Origin: Macrostomum hystrix
Taxonomy: Eukaryota > Animalia > Platyhelminthes
Assembly: GCA_950097015.1 (NCBI GenBank)
Contig: CATNEN010000009.1
Location: forward strand, 682,001 to 746,000
DNA length: 64,000 nt
Direction of reading: 5' to 3'
Positions 1-12,300 of the stretch are shown piece by piece. The translations under genes and the position numbers were made by a program. Numbering within the stretch: position 1 is the stretch's first letter; the number at the start of each line of letters is the position of its first letter. The notes beneath the pieces were generated by a model. The model searched no databases and was not told the DNA's origin. It was given only the letters and a program-made list of their open reading frames with translations.

Positions 1-656
1 TTTCAAAGGTAAGACTGTTCATGTTAGTTTTTGTTGCGGCGTATGTGCTCAAATGGCTGGGGTAGCTCTACCCTCGTCGTGCTCTCTGATTTGTTCAGGG
101 GTAGGAGCAGCTTTGCCTGAATACTCTGAGGTGGATCCCATCTTGCGTGCTCGTTCGGTCTCACCAGTTGTGTGCTTCGCCTCCACTGAGCCCTTGCTCT
201 ACTCTGCGCATATTTAAAGCACCGCACTAGTAAAGGGCGGTGCCGGTGCCGGTCCTACTCCGTACGAGAACTCTGCGCACTCTTTAGTGTCTGCTTATTC
301 AGTATTTTCCCGGCGCGCATATCGCCCAGCCTGCGAGACAACATAACCAATTCGAATGGTGCTTTTCGATTGAACACATTGTTAACTCGTGGTCAGCAAA
401 AGTCTGAATTTAGGTTAAGAACACGGGTTATATGACTTATTTCAGTGATCTGGATTCATCAATATTTTCAATCATTCAATATTAATTACTCAATAAAATA
501 CTCAATCGCCCAAATGTTGGCTACTTCTGCAGTTCATATAAACAATGCAATACAACATGCGTTCACACATGATGAAATAATAGACACGAATTCATTAAGC
601 ATGCCGCGTAATTAAATACATTTTAACTTCTAACAAAAATTTTCTGTATCTTGCAG

Positions 657-2387
657 ACGAGCTACCATTTTTGGAAGCCATTTATAAAAATTTGCCTGAC
701 GATGAGCGCCAGCGGCTACAAGCAAAAGCCGCACAATTAAATCGTGAAAAAGAGGAAGCTATCGGATGCGCAAAACTACGGCGTTCTGCACAAGATTTGG
801 TGAGAAAAATGTCGCTTGGATATGCATTGAATTTGTTTTCGAATTATAAGTGTTTAGACTGTTTCGATAACTATCAATAACAGGTTTAGTAAATCCCTAA
901 AGATTCTTTAAACTAAAGTAAAAATCCAATCAAACCATTTGTTAGATTCGGCGAGTAACTTCGGCAGGTGGTCAAGCCACGATCATCCTGAAAGTGCCTG
1001 AATTGCCCGAAATTCAAGTGTTCGAGACCCCTGAATGGGCGGGGCTCGTGGCTCGAAGCCAAATTACTGACGTGAGAGTTTAGTTTGTAATGTTATTATA
1101 ACAGTGATGCTGATACAGCATTTTTATTGGCGAAACCCTAGGAAACACCTGACCGTCTCTATTGGTTACGCAAGTTTTTATTGCGCCATTGGACAAAATC
1201 ATACCAGTCTGAAGGTCCGTCAGGGGGAGCACGACATTTTACTTCTGACATTTGATTACCGGCGACATTAGACTTCCAACAATTTGACATCCAGCAATTT
1301 GACAACCAGAAAAATTTAATGGCCAGTGTCGTTTGACAAAACAATTGACTAAATTATATATATTTAACTCATATAAAAACAAAAGTTAAAAGACAAAATC
1401 ATAAGTTTTTAATGATTTTTATGACTGGGTAAACTTTCAACGTTGTGAAGTTTCGAGTTTGTGAATTCCCCCCCCGTAAACAAAACTTATGATTTTGCTT
1501 TTATATCACTGGCCATTAAGCTTAGCTGGCTGTCAAATGTCGTAGACCCTCCTTCGGGTGAACCTCAAACCTTTTTACGGTTAACCTGGCTGCTATCTTT
1601 CTCAGCCAGGTGTGTCAGATCTCTTTTCACGAGCTAGGTACATCCTTCTGCTATTTAAATGATCAATTTTGCTTGCTTTATCGCGATGTCAGTCTTAAAA
1701 AGTGTTTCGTTGCGATAAAATAATGTATACATTTTACTATATTTTAGCTTGCCCTTCATCGGAGCACCGATATAGACGACATGAGTGTTGTCGAACTAAG
1801 GAAAGTGGTCGCCAAGCAGTTACAAGCCAAATTTCGTAAGTTTCTTGTTGCCACAGCTATGAGTGTGTTTATTCAGCCAATTACGAACATTAAAGATTTA
1901 AAAAATCAGAACTCGATCAAATATAATAGTTTTAATTGCTCATGCCTACTTTCTGTTTTTCTAATTAGGCGCCGCAAACGGAAAAGGTAGGCTTATTTAT
2001 AAGTCTTATCCTGCGCAAGGTAAATGGACGAAGTGGCCTGCCGGTGTGCCGAATAATGTGGAGATTGCTCATTATTCACAAGAGCAACTTCGAACTATCG
2101 CGAAGCTCATCCCAAAAATCGAGTTTGTTCCAACTGGTCGGCCAGAGAAAAGAGGCCGTTCAAAGCGGCTCTCCGTCGATAGCGTTCACGTTCAGGCATC
2201 AATACCGGTAGCTGAAAATCAGGCTACGACGAAACCGGTCTGCCAGAGTCCTCCATCTCTAAGCTCTCCGATGCCCTCGCAAGTCAGCGCGTCTGGTGTT
2301 AAATTCAGAATTTTGACACCTAATGGCCAGGTGTCCGTTTCTGGCCAGCATAATTCGTGTATTAAAAAGATCATTCGTTTGTGCTAA
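657..2387 (+). CDS. Spliced gene, 5' end unresolved; HMG-box-like helix plus a WPxGVP-containing C-terminal domain; probable accessory gene of the KDZ element
   Basis: Exons 657-799, 946-1071, 1748-1835 and 1969-2387 have GT/AG ends and continuous phase (0,0,1). Translation: ELPFLEAIYKNLPDDERQRLQAKAAQLNREK..AQDL|IRRVTSAGGQATIILKVPELPEIQVFETPEW..|LALHRS..KF|RAANGKGRLIYKSYPAQGKWTKWPAGVPNNVEIAHYSQEQLRTIAKLIPKIEF. YKNLPDDERQRLQAKA resembles HMG-box helix 3. A possible further upstream exon lies at about 533-607. Confidence 0.6.
1223..1552. mobile_element. Fold-back MITE-like element in an intron
   Basis: Three nested inverted-repeat pairs: gggggagcacgacattttac / gtcaaatgtcgtagaccctcc at the termini; taatggccagtg (about 1319) / cactggccatta (about 1507); aaaatcataagtttt (about 1396) / aaaacttatgatttt (about 1483). 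No coding capacity and no clear TSD. Confidence 0.6.
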
Positions 2388-2429
2388 AGCTTTTTCTTAC
2401 AAGACTTACTGATAAATTCGCATTTCTAG

Positions 2430-2480
2430 TATTTTATTATTTAATTTTTTATTATTTTATTATTTTATTATTTTATTATA
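2430..2480. repeat. AT-rich microsatellite (TATTATTT)n
   Basis: Tandem attattttattattttatt tract just downstream of the stop codon at 2387. Confidence 0.6.
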
Positions 2481-2599
2481 GTATTCTATTATTTACGAAA
2501 TGCTCACTAACCCTTATGATTAGTTAGTTTATAATTACAAAAAATTGTTGATCAAATTTTCTATATGCCGAAGATACTCGTGCGTCCATTCCTATTCTA

Positions 2600-3869
2600 C
2601 GAGGGTTGTCCTGCGAAATGTGGGACAGGTACCATAAATTATAAACAAACAATTGAAACGAAACAACAACTCTGTCACTTTTAAACATAATCTCCGCCCT
2701 TCTCAATGCAACGCTGCCATCGCTCCAGCCGCTTGTTGAAGGCCTCAGTGAACTGGAAAGCAGCCATGAGGTTGGTGACCCCCTCCCACGCAATCTTGAC
2801 CTCCTGCAAGGTGTCAAACCGGCCACCGGCGACGCAGTTTTTGATATGTCGGAATAGCCAGAAGTCCGCAGGGGACAAATCAGATGAGTAGGGCGGATTC
2901 GGCAACACCCGAAAGCCTCTTCTGGCAAGAAACTCCCTGGTGTGGCCGACACGTGTGTACGGGTATTGTCATGCCATTTGCGTCGAATGTGATCCCTCAA
3001 CGAGTCAAGTACAGTGCAGTACTCACTGTTGACTGTCTGGCCCTGCTCTACATAATGTGTGTAGACAAGGCCCTGCAGCTGCAAGTCGAAAAAACATAGC
3101 CATTGTTTTCTTGGCACTGCGGGCCTTTGTCGGGGCATTGGCACCCACTGCTTGGACTGGTTCTTGGTTTCTGGAGTCACGTAGTGAAGCCATGTTTCAT
3201 CAGAAGTGATATTCGCTGCATAAAGCCCAGCTCACCGCATCATCCGAAAGAAGTCTTGAGCACAGCGTTTGCGCTCCCTGCTGTTTTCCTCCGTGAGCAG
3301 GTGAGGCACCCACCTGGCTGACACATTGCTTGAGCTACAGGTCACGGACAAGAATGCCATGAATTGTCTTGGGAATCCCAGATTCATCTGAGAGCTCCCT
3401 GGCAGTGAAGCGCCTGTCCTCTTCAATCAGACGAGCAATAATCTCGATGTTTGCTGGGGTCCGGACAGTCGGGTCCCTGTTCTTTCCTCAACCACCAGAA
3501 CCATCGTGGCCAGAGCGCACTTGTTCGTAGATGTAGTAAACCTGGCTACTGGACAAAGCATCATCCTGGTGGATGTCCTGCAGGTGGCAAAGACACTCGA
3601 TCGTAGACTTTCTAGCTTGGTAGAAATCGAAACCGAAGCGACAACGATATCTCGCTGTTAAACCACTTTGTCAGATTAAGAAACGTAGGGGTAGGACATG
3701 GGTATGAAACTTTTTAGTTGCTGCCAAGTCAGAGCTGAAGTTTTTGAGCAGAGGCTTTGTCCATAGGCTAAATAATAGTTGCTCTTTCTAGTGTAAAACG
3801 AATTTTCATGATATGCATGAATAGAAATGAGCAATAACCACAGTCCTATATTTCACCAGAAACCCCTCG
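2600..3869 (-). mobile_element. Mariner (D,D34D-type) transposon, full length 1270 bp, transposase pseudogene
   Basis: Imperfect TIRs cgagggttgtcctgcgaaatgtgggac / cgaggggtttctggtgaaatataggac are flanked by TA at 2598-99 and 3870-71. Minus-strand fragments: HTH region, ARWVPHLLT, TSDETW, HDN, YSSDLSPADFWLF, WQRCIEKGGDYV. Several stops and frameshifts. Confidence 0.92.
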
Positions 3870-5438
3870 TAGCTATTAAAAAAAATTGCTGACAATTTAA
3901 AGAAAAAAATGTGCTAGTCAAAATCCAGTTGTGCTATTTTGGAAAATGGTGCCTAAGTTTAATTCCCTTAAATTCGCGTTGCTGTTTTAACTTTAGCTCT
4001 TAAGCAGGACCTTGCGCATAATCATTTTCATGTATAAAGGGTTAGGATTAAACTGTTTGTTTTTGCATGTCGGTAGGTCGTACGCTCCTACATATTACAT
4101 AATCCTTGATTATTCACTCCTCTAAATCGATTTTCCCGTAAACTGATTTAAAAAAGTTCGAAAATGGATAGCCGGTAAGGCCGGACCTGTTATCTATTTA
4201 CTATGAATCTTTACGATATTTCTGTGTCCGAGTTGCTAATACGAACTTATATACTGACACTAACTTTTGCCATCAAAATCGCATTTTAAACAAATAAACA
4301 AGATTATGAATTTCTTTCCTACTCGTAGTCTGTTTTTTGCGCAACACAGCTTTTAAATCCTACAGATTAGTACGCATCTAAAAAATAATAGACGTACTTT
4401 TCGGATCTCAAATACAGTTTTTCTCTGATACATTTCATTTCCCTGTATCTCTGTTTAAACTAGTTATCGCTGGTTAGTTTTCGTTATTTCTAATTTTGCG
4501 AAGCTGAGGCTCCTGCAATTCCTATGCAGATGGTCAATATACGAGCTCGTAATATTTTGAAAATTCCACAAAGAACGCCATTGCTGCTACATGTAACCCT
4601 ATGGACCAAACTCCAGAAAATTGATGGATCAGCTGGCTAGGAAAGCTAGAAAGCTAGTTACCCAAATTTGATGGAAACATTTTTAAGGGGCTGGCAAGTC
4701 ATTGCGCTCATTGAAGGCTGCTTCCGAGTGCCTGATGGCGTGCACGGCATTGTGTTCTAATGAGCTAGGTAAACTTACAAGATCTGGGCGACTTGCTTTA
4801 TCGTACAAGATATTAACTTTTATATCTCGCAAGATGAAACAGACTATAAAATATCTTACTAAACGCTTTAAGTCGCGTATTTTCTTAAATCTATTGTTGA
4901 GTGTGTCATAAATGATTATTTAATTAGAACAACACTAGCCAAATAACAAAACGAATGTTGCTCGTACCTCCACTCCTAGAAGATCCTGCAAGAACCGAGC
5001 AGATAGAGAAGAGCTTCTAAGAATAGCACAACAGACAAGATCTGTCAAGTTTGAGCAACGTACAGAATGTCATCTTGGGCTGTTGCCGCTACCACATCGC
5101 CGCCATCCTGCTAGACTGCAATAGAACTTGCCTGATCACCTCGCCCACCTATTGAGCAATGAAGCAAAGCGATTTTAATGACTCAGAATAAGTTTTCCAG
5201 CTTCAAAAGAGACAGACAAGAAGAAACTTTTTACTCTATGTTTTCGTTTTTCAGGTCGAAAAAGCAAATAGGGCCGCATACGCAATACTGAAGCTGACGA
5301 AAAAGTAGAGTTTCACGATCTTGATTAATTTTTTGTGTATCGCTTCCAAAATGCGAGTCAATTAATAAACTCGTTATAAAATGTGTTCTGTTCGATATTC
5401 TTTGAGGAATAGAGTTGAAAATGGACAGACTGCTAATA

Positions 5439-5672
5439 TCACATGTGGTTGGCATTTTTCATTGGTTCCTAGTGACTTTGCGAAAGTGGCTAGTCAAACT
5501 CATAGACCCCCAACAACCGAATTTGGCCGGATACTTTAAAGATAATTCAAGTGCACCTATTCCGATTTACTTCGGCGTGTAAAGTCGAATTTCGGCGTCC
5601 CTAAGCTTGTCCGAGTCGAAATAAAAAATTGCAGGCATTTTTTCATAATTTAGGCACTTTTTCGAACCCCGC
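5439..5672. repeat. Direct repeat copy 1 (about 234 bp)
   Basis: tcacatgtggttggcatttttcatt...gcactttttcgaaccccgc, repeated at 6336-6571 with scattered substitutions (about 90% identity by eye). Confidence 0.9.
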
Positions 5673-6335
5673 TACTGTCAGTAGTATATTGGTGGCCCAA
5701 TAGATTTGAGCACAGTTTATCAAGTCGGATTTCCTACACGACTGAGTTGGGTTCATGATTACAAATGATTTCTACTCGAACTTATTAACCTGGAAAGTCA
5801 CCTAGAAAATTTGACGAAATACACAGGGGAGATACACTGTTCACTGGGTGACATTCTGACGCCGCAGGCTGTCTTTTAGACTCCGGTTTTCGACGGGGAT
5901 CTCTTCTACGTCTATCCCAGAGTACGGGACATCAAATCCCATCGAGATCCATCAAAATTAAGGAGCATCTCGAAATCACTTTTGTCAGTGGTACCCCAAT
6001 CAAAAAGACAAGTCATGCCAGGCAGGGGTGTACCGACTTTGAGCGGACTCCATTTGAGAACCGCTATATCTAGAGAGATCAGACTGATGTCGTCTGGTAG
6101 GCCAATAAATGGCGCGTCGGATGTCGTTGATTCCGTCGATAGATCTGTAGTCGTTGTCTGCTGGCAGCCGGTCTAGCAAAGTGGCATAATCTACTCATAG
6201 CGCTATCCATTAGGAGGTACCTCTGACACTCTAGAGATCATTTGACAGCCATCTGGTGGGTATTTCTCGACGATCTTGGTGTCGTTAGATAGCTCTAGAC
6301 ATGCTCTACCGACGTGCGTTTGTCCGAAATCAACG

Positions 6336-6571
6336 TCACATGTGGTTGGCATTTTTCATTGATTCCTAGTGACTTTGCGAAAGTGGCTAGTCTAACTCAT
6401 AGACCCCCAACAATTGAATTTGACCGGATTACTTAAAAATAATTCAAGTACACCTATTCCGATGTACTTCGGCGTGTAAAGTCGAATTTCGACGTCCATA
6501 AGCTTGTCCGAGTCGAAATAAATGAGTTACAGGCATTTTTTACATAATTTAGGCACTTTTTCGAACCCCGC
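6336..6571. repeat. Direct repeat copy 2 (about 236 bp)
   Basis: Matches 5439-5672. Confidence 0.9.
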
Positions 6572-9342
6572 AATTGTCAATTCAATTCATTTAATTGGCG
6601 GGCCTCTCAGTGCAGGCAGAGAAGATATAAAACTCATAATGAAATAACTGAGCATTTACGGAGCCGAGAGGAGACGGGCGCTCAATTGAAGCTCATGGAG
6701 TATCAGGATGGGTTAAAAAAATAAGCGGAGGAGGTGGGTGCTGTGGTCTACTACAGAGAAGACTCAGGTTGATTTATAAAATGTCCGCGTACGCTGAGCG
6801 CAGAGGGGCGTTTAAATTTAACTTATTGAAATTGCACCTGACTGAGTGGAGAGAGGAATGTGCTTACAAATAAGTACGGCGCGGAGAGCTAGATGTCCTC
6901 AAATTCACCTGATTTAAAGATTTAGGTTAGGGTTAGGTTACGGATACGTTAGTTCAATGGATTTTGCGTGATAGGAGCTCGCACGAGAGAAGTTCGCACG
7001 AGAGGAGTTTTATCACCTTAATCTCCTCCGAAGGAGTTTCGCTTCTAATAGAACTAAAGAGCGCACCCTACTGGACGCCAGATACGGTCCACGAAGAGAA
7101 CAAGCTGAGATAGCGAAACCAGATCGAATCAGTGGAGCGAGCGCGAGGGGGAGAGGCCGGTTAAAATAGGCCATATAACATTATCATAATTAATATCCAG
7201 GCACGGGGTACGTTGGCTAGAGTAGACAACACAAAGAAAGAACGCACACTGAAACGTGGCGGCGTTTGATTGTCTGATTGATGAGAAATAATTCATTACA
7301 GTTGCGCAAGCGGCTGATGTTCGTACTTTAACGTTTACTGCCATAGTAAAAATGATGTGAATTTTGCATGCATAACTACAGAATTATACAATTATAGACG
7401 CGCAAAAGCAGAGGCGCGTTGCACGCAGCAAGTGACGTCACAGGCTTAATTAGTGTACGAGCAGCCTTTCCGGAGTAAATCTGAGCTACATTTACATAAA
7501 TGCTCTCAGCCTGTTTGTACATGTATACAAAACGATTGTCGATGCAATATAGCTATATCTCGTTTACTATTTTGGCATTGCTAGTCATGTCAGAGAGAGG
7601 ATTCTACAGTAGCAGAAGATATGTTGAATGAAACATTCGTTGATGAATTGTGCTTGATCATTTTGGTAGTCATGGAAAGTATTCTATTTCAGGACTATTC
7701 ACTCTGCATGTAATCGTACCTTGCTTTTAAAGCAAGCAAGATAAAGAGAATTATTATCTGCAAAGCGTTTTCACGATTTCTTTCAACATTTCTTTTCAGA
7801 AGTAGAACCATCTGGAGGCACCACTAAAAGGGGCACAAGAGTCACCCTGATCACGGAAGGCGCCACGCCTCGTCGCATTGCCGGTTGCGGCTGGCCGCCT
7901 TGCAGAATAGACAGTCGTCCTCGTCAGCCTCATTGTCGTCAGCCCCGACTTTCTTTCGTCTCACAGGGTACGCTGCCTGACTAACTCCGTGTCTGCTTGG
8001 CGCTCTTGAGAAACACCGGACCAAGTCGCTCACCCCTTAAACCGAGAGATATGGAGTCTGCTCCTGTTGCTCGCTAAGTCAGTCCTCGGTGACTCGCCCT
8101 GCTCCTCGCCATTCCTGCAATCCTAGCGTCACAGGATCGGACTGTAACCTCCGACCAGGAATAACAACAACAAATATGTCCATGTCAATTTCATTATATA
8201 ATAAATAATAGACGAACGAGCCGTATTATTACATTCAAATGTAAAGAAGAGCAGAAATGAGAGCATTTATAGAATTATTATCTGGTTTCTATTTATATCC
8301 AAATAGTTTTCACAGTGGAAGCTAGCTAACGTAAGTAGGTTAAGTGATCGAGATAGGCATCTCAAAATTACAAACTTATTTAAATTACTTTGAAAGTGAA
8401 TCAGATTTCATGTCACAAAAATAACGGCATGTGAAAATAAACAAAATATAGACTGTCCTGTGGATGAGCAAGAACAGAAAGTTTATGCAGCGAAAGAAGA
8501 CAAATTATATAAACTATAATATAATGTACTAAGCCCTAAGGAAATGGTAGGTACTGATCTGCGAAGCAATTACCTATTCCTGCTGTGATACCGATCAACT
8601 TCAAGTCAAGTCAGATCAAATCAGAAGCGGAAAAAATATTTCATAGACATGCAAAGCCGGCCACTTAGTGAAAAAATATTTCATTGACGTAGTCGGTCTA
8701 ACAACTCCTATTTAGTAAGAGAAAACACAAAAATTGAAACTTTTAAATAAGCCTAGGTCATTATATAGCTAGTACTCACACGACAAACGACTATACCAAT
8801 TGAGCAATGATGGACATATAGTTAAAGATTTTGAACAGTCTAACACGTCTAGCATGCAAGCTTTACAACAACACAGCTAACAGAAGCATGAGTAGGTCCT
8901 AAAAATTTTCACAGAGCACAATTAATACACTCGATTTGCATATAGTAAAATGAAAGATACAATAGCAAAGAGTATAGTTCAACATTTAGTAACAAAAATA
9001 ATAGACGAGCAAAGTGATTTTTGAAACAACTAGAAGATTAGGCTTTTAAATAGTTTTGAAATTTATACTTTGCCAAGCCGAAATATGCGTGAATTTAGAA
9101 ATCAATATGAAAGTATGAGATACAAGCAATAAAAACGCGAGTTATCAGTGCTCAAATAAGAACTGATAAGGCTGACTTCAGTTTTAAGTTTTAGGTTTAA
9201 GTCTTTAGGGTTTTAAGTCAAAGTTTAAGATAAGGACATGAAAAGCAAGCTGCTCATGGCATAGCGACAAATAATTTTTAAACGTTTTAAACATCGGAAC
9301 GCACAGCACTGCATACTTCAGGAGTAATAATTTCAGCCATTG

Positions 9343-12300
9343 TCATTCACTGCATACTTCAGGATATTCGAACTCCGCATCAGTTGCGCCAGGAAGATTC
9401 ACACGTAGACGCTGTTCGAGACTCAAAGCCAGTTGAGTCTCGGAGGGAAACTCTGCAGCATGTCTTTGCAGCAGATGCAGCAGCCCACGCAGTCGGAGGT
9501 GCAGAACAGTCGATAAAGGATGCACAGCTGGGTGGGATGCTTCAATCTCGACTAAAGTGCTATCGGCGGATGCTATAAAAAATAAACTGCACCGCCTGAC
9601 TTCACAACGTAGAAGTCTAACTTCTTCAAAAACACGCCTTCGGAGTGCATTAATGCGGTACACCGTCATATCACTGCTTGTACAGGCATCCAAGTTTCCG
9701 ACACGATATTGTTGAAAACCTGCGGACTCGAAGTCGCTGAAGTCTTCAATCAGCAACTGCTCTTCTAAAGGCAGGTGCCTGTTGAACCCGCGAAGAGTTT
9801 CCACCTTTTTCTTTTGCAGTTTTTTTAGCGCGAATTTCAGCCGCTTGGCCATTTTCTGTCCCCGGTAAGTTGATAGATGTTGAACAAGATGCTGTCGCTC
9901 TGTCTCTAGTCTCGCTAAGTCATTAATGACAGCCTCACGACTTCCGACCGATTGGGATTGTCCTGCCAGGACATAGTCGCAGAAACGGCCGGCACAGCTT
10001 TCGGCGTAAGCCAAAAATGAAGACAGTGTAGCTGCAAATGAAAGCGTTTAAAGTTTGAGGAGCTATAGTTAAGCCAACTAAACTGAACAATTAATTACTT
10101 AATAACAATATTTGTAATAAGAAATTAGAGTTTTACATTAAATGGCAGCTTTTAAGCAGCTTAGAGAGTACATTATCCGTTGGAAGCATTGTAGGAAATT
10201 GAAAATAAATTAGAATGGTTGGACAAAGTTGACAAAAAGAGCTTTAGTTTGAGCTTAAAAATGTGACGCTGCAGCTTTCAGTACCAAAATTGTAGGATTC
10301 AATTTAATTTTTAATTATTATCATAAAATATACATAGACCTGAACTTACGAGGTAATGCGAGTTCCTCTGCTATCTTTTCGACATCGCTGTCGCATTTTT
10401 TCTGCGTTTTCTCAAGCAGACGCTTGCGCTCAACGAACCAAGAGGCTGGAAAAGTAGATGGAAAGCAAAAAGTAGTGATGGAAATTGAGGATAAAAAAAT
10501 TCGGATTTTCTGGATGTCTAAAAATTTTACATTAAGTTTGAATGGTTGACAATCCCTACGTCCCTACGTTTTAGAGCATACAACTCACTGATTTCCTGAA
10601 TGCCTGTGACATTTATCGATGTTGCCAGGTGATTCAGAAACGCGCGCCTGTTCGGCAGCGTCATCTCTTTCGTTTGAGCTGCATAACGGCGAAAGTGGCT
10701 CCACAGCCTTTCACAAGCCTCACCGTCAGTAAGTCCTACATCACTTAGGAATCGGATGTTATTCTGTAACTGACACTGCCAGTTGTGGCCGTAAGCATGA
10801 AAAGCAGGAACAGCAAACCGAAGTCGTGAGTTGTCACGGAAATGTGACTGAAGCTTGCAAGCAATGTCGTAAGAGACGACGATGGGTGTATCCTGATGCT
10901 TCACGACGGCATCTTTTACTGCAGTCACGGCATAGTTGAGCCTCGAATATAAATGAATTTTTACAGGAGCCACGGTTATGTTAGCATTTAACAGTCAGCA
11001 AAAATAGTTAGCCTAAACCCCATACTGTAAAAAAATGATGCTCATTCTTCAATATCAAAGTCATAGTCTTTTCCAACCGTTAGAAACCAGCTAAACATCT
11101 TGCATGTGATAAGCAATGTTTAGCAGGTACAGAAAAAGCTATAAAGCATTAAATATTAACGATTTACCCTAGTAAACTAAATTATTCAAGAAAATGCCAT
11201 TTATAAAAATAATACTTTAATTACAAATGAGGTCTAAGCAGACAAAAATTATACCAATTTACCTTTCACCGTGTGTTACAATGTCTGAAAGTGAAACAAT
11301 GCTTGAGTGTCGGCAAGAGGTAGCAAAAAGACCAAACACGTCAAGAGAGCCTTCATCCTTGGGAGTTAAAGTATCCTGGCCTCGTCCTCCAGCTCTCCAG
11401 TTTGGGCAGCTACCAGCCGCAGCAGAAACCTCGCGAGACATATCGGTGTCCAGAAAAAAATCTGCAACATTTGTTTTAGATGGCGAGCTAGTAGCCGATT
11501 TTCCAGCAGAAGATCGGTGCCTCATACCGAAACAGCCGTCAAGTTGTAGAACGATTGGGGCGTCAAGCGTCTCGGATTGTGAAGAAACCTGCATTCGATA
11601 AAATCTCTCTCTCTATATATATATAAAACATAGGCTTCCGTTGTTTGTCGCACCCCTAGTATAATTTAATCACACCCATTACCTTTTTCTCTTTTTCGTG
11701 GAAAATTTGAAATATGAAAAATAAAGCTTGGTGCGCTTATGGCTTTTGATACTTTACTGAAGGTATAATTCAGGCATAGTACCCTACTACAAGTTTTCTT
11801 TTGCTCGATTGCCACGAAGTAGTAAGTGAACTTTCGCACTAGCAATTTAGAAAAATTAATGAATTACCGTGAAACAGGCAGGACAACCTGGCTTGCCTTG
11901 CCACTGAACAGACGTCAGAAGGCTTCGAAACGCTCTCATGCTGCCAAAGCTGTTTAGGCGACGGTAAATATTAGCCTGAAGATTAAGTTGGGAGAAAAAA
12001 TACTTCAAATATCGGATAATATGCGCTCTGGCGTCGCCAACGTTGATGCCAACGGGCCGGAGTTCGCCCGATCGCTGGCCCTGCGGCGCGCATCTGACAC
12101 GGCCCTTACATATGACCCTGAACCTTGCGACTAGCGGGCCGTGTAGCTTGTTGTTGTTGTTGTACGCCGCCACCGTGGCACTGCGGTCCCCCGGTCACTG
12201 GCCCTTGGTGGCTCGGGCTGCACAAGGCACGGCCCGGCCCAATGGCCCGCCCGTCCAACAAAGGTCCCATCCGTGGTGGTTGCACTGGCGCAAGGCTCAC

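Noticed and set aside
4490-5150. Possible third cargo gene (for example TET/JBP) between the HMG-like gene and the transposase
   Set aside because: Only short open stretches; no HxD..H..R dioxygenase pattern or consistent exon chain was found. TBLASTN with TET/JBP queries would settle it.
6910-6945. ttaggttagggttagg telomere-like tract (also at about 44450)
   Set aside because: Only 2-3 imperfect units; not an interstitial telomere array.
7900-7975. CTGACGAG hammerhead-ribozyme core on the minus strand
   Set aside because: No correctly placed GAAA with a pairing stem II could be built.
9307-9364. 17-bp direct repeat cactgcatacttcagga around the KDZ stop codon
   Set aside because: A small local duplication; no evidence it is a TSD or terminus.
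11856-12173. ORF first read as an independent or viral protein
   Set aside because: Its 3' half is KDZ exon 5 (ends CPACFT|gtaatt); its 5' half is insert sequence.
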